DNA from: a virus
Taxonomy: Duplodnaviria > Caudoviricetes
DNA length: 57,984 bases
Reading direction: 5' to 3' (one strand)
Virus record (IMG/VR): IMGVR_UViG_3300027792_000211
Span: 1 to 57,984 of that record
Shown here one piece after another: positions 56,401 through 57,984 of this stretch. A model generated the notes under the pieces. It saw only the letters and a program-made list of their open reading frames with translations, ran no database searches and was not told the origin of the DNA. The position numbers and the translations under genes are program-made. Position 1 is the first letter of the stretch; each line of letters opens with the position of its first letter.

Positions 56401-57961
56401 CCCCGTAAACCTCCTTTAAATTTTGATATGTTAAATCTTGTAAATCGTCGGTAACCCTTGCATTTTGCAGTCTCAACACTTGATTTTTATTGTCCAATAC
56501 AATGTATTCACCAACAAAAAGGTTATGTTCTTCTTCGGCAATCTCTTGTAAATTCTCGAATATCATTTGACATTGCCTCAATTCCCTTAATTTCATTCCT
56601 ATTCTTGTCATAGCCGCGCGCCGCCATGATATACTATAATTTTCTTTTGTAACTTGTTGCATAGTATGTAATTGCCACATACCAGCATTACGACCCCTTG
56701 CGCAGAGGTTATCAACTATCGCCTCGATTTCCAAAAATACATTTGGCAATCTCTTTTTTACTAATTCAAACAAGGCATTAGCTTCATCGATTACGATTAG
56801 CATGTATGGTATTTTTTCAACATGCAATCTATTATATCCATCAATGTCCTTTACGCCACAATCAGAAAAAAGTCGTTGTCTATTATGATATTCCTTTTCT
56901 ATTTCAATAAATCCTTGTAAAATCAATTGAATAGCTTCATTCAAATTATCACCATCATTGATACTAAATACTTTGCAATTTGAGAATTTCCCATATGCAC
57001 TAGGTAACTCGGACCCTTTCAGGTCGAACATGTAAAAACAAATATCATCATTCCAGAACATTAATGTATATAATATCCCATGTAACACGCTTGACTTACC
57101 ACACCCAGTCATACCCGCACAGATCATATGCCCGATGTGCTTATAGTCGTAAATAACAGGTTTCCCAGTTTCTTTATTAATTCCAATTATAAATGGAATC
57201 ATCATATCTTTAGGCCTTGGCGTATCCATAATCACATCATCAATAAAATAATTCTTGATGATAATATGTTTATGGGTAAACACTGCTTTTTCTTCATCAA
57301 ATTCAATACTCAATGTATTTTTTTTACATCCAAGTTTATGTTCGATATCCTTTAACAATCTAATCAATCTTTTCTTTCCTATAGTTGTTATAAACTCGAA
57401 TTTGTCGCTAACTTCTCCATGAAGTGTTGTTACATACAATGGTTTTGTATCTCCATAACTTTTTAAAATCAAGTGAAGTCTATCACTAGAAATTTTTTCT
57501 TTATGTCGGTAATCATTATAAACACCCATTTCATGTTTTATATGAAACTTATATTTATACTTTAAATCCTGTGTTATACTTATAATAGTTGCATTTGTTA
57601 CTAACTCCAGTTGACTTTTATCATTTTCGTTTAATGGGATCTTTGAGTTAAGAGCCAAGATCCCATTAACATTATCAATAATTTTTACATCATCATCCTT
57701 ATAGTACCTTTTTAATCGGTTTTCCATAGCTAACATTTTTCCATAATGCCATCCAAAAAATCTTAGAAAATCTAAGATTGGACTTAGAAACAAAAACAAA
57801 TATGATAATTTAAAGTAATAACATAGTCCTCCCAGGCCCAAAAAACACCCTAGAACACCTTGAAAATTCTTTTGGCTAAAATATACCTTTATTAATCTAA
57901 TGAAAGAAAACAGCCAAAATTTTTCCTTCTGAACAATCATAGAATATTTAAAATACTTCAT
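56330..57961 (-). CDS. FtsK/SpoIIIE-family DNA translocase ATPase with N-terminal TM
   Basis: HMICAGMTGCGKS, DLKG, LIVIDE, RGRNAG, MQQ; hydrophobic N-terminus. Confidence 0.88.
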   Translation of the reverse strand: MKYFKYSMIVQKEKFWLFSFIRLIKVYFSQKNFQGVLGCFLGLGGLCYYFKLSYLFLFLSPILDFLRFFGWHYGKMLAMENRLKRYYKDDDVKIIDNVNGILALNSKIPLNENDKSQLELVTNATIISITQDLKYKYKFHIKHEMGVYNDYRHKEKISSDRLHLILKSYGDTKPLYVTTLHGEVSDKFEFITTIGKKRLIRLLKDIEHKLGCKKNTLSIEFDEEKAVFTHKHIIIKNYFIDDVIMDTPRPKDMMIPFIIGINKETGKPVIYDYKHIGHMICAGMTGCGKSSVLHGILYTLMFWNDDICFYMFDLKGSELPSAYGKFSNCKVFSINDGDNLNEAIQLILQGFIEIEKEYHNRQRLFSDCGVKDIDGYNRLHVEKIPYMLIVIDEANALFELVKKRLPNVFLEIEAIVDNLCARGRNAGMWQLHTMQQVTKENYSISWRRAAMTRIGMKLRELRQCQMIFENLQEIAEEEHNLFVGEYIVLDNKNQVLRLQNARVTDDLQDLTYQNLKEVYGDVGIVVEEKENAEITECGSENIS

Positions 57962-57984
57962 AAATGGAATCCATATTAACCCGG

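Larger units (their letters stand above)
1..57984. mobile_element. Tailed bacteriophage genome (siphovirus-like), probably complete and circular; possible phage-plasmid
   Basis: Terminase, portal, scaffold, capsid, tail, tape measure, holin, endolysin and replication genes are all present; no host housekeeping genes; an ORF continues in frame across the window ends. Confidence 0.93.

Noticed and set aside
1-57984. Stop-codon reassignment, tRNA or rRNA genes, terminal repeats
   Set aside because: Standard code gives dense, intact genes using all three stops; no cloverleaf, rRNA-like segment or end repeat was seen by eye

Overview
The window appears to be one complete, circularly permuted ~58 kb genome of an AT-rich tailed phage (siphovirus-like, A118/SPP1-type head and tail genes). 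The host is probably a Bacillota/Clostridia species, judged from sigmaA-type promoters, an LPXTG protein and an Amidase_3 endolysin. A ribbon-helix-helix ORF reads in frame across the end-to-start junction. Modules: (i) a plasmid-like replicon (AbrB-type regulator, putative ~80-nt antisense RNA, primase-VapE helicase, downstream iteron array); (ii) a plus-strand early/replication operon with a family B DNA polymerase, an SF2 helicase and a RecU-like resolvase; (iii) a long minus-strand morphogenesis region; (iv) an FtsK/SpoIIIE-RHH-membrane protein module with an AcrIII-1 (DUF1874) ring nuclease. Two features stand out. First, a ~12 kb, 17-gene nonulosonic acid (pseudaminic-acid-type) plus CDP-alditol-phosphate biosynthesis/transferase cluster sits inside the head module with no export genes, directly behind a tiny Ser/Thr/Pro-rich sortase substrate. 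Second, the helicase carries an intein whose Vsr/DUF559-like endonuclease is encoded in the +1 frame while the intein frame stays open, giving ~600 nt of dual coding. All calls come from motif recognition by eye; no database searches were run.
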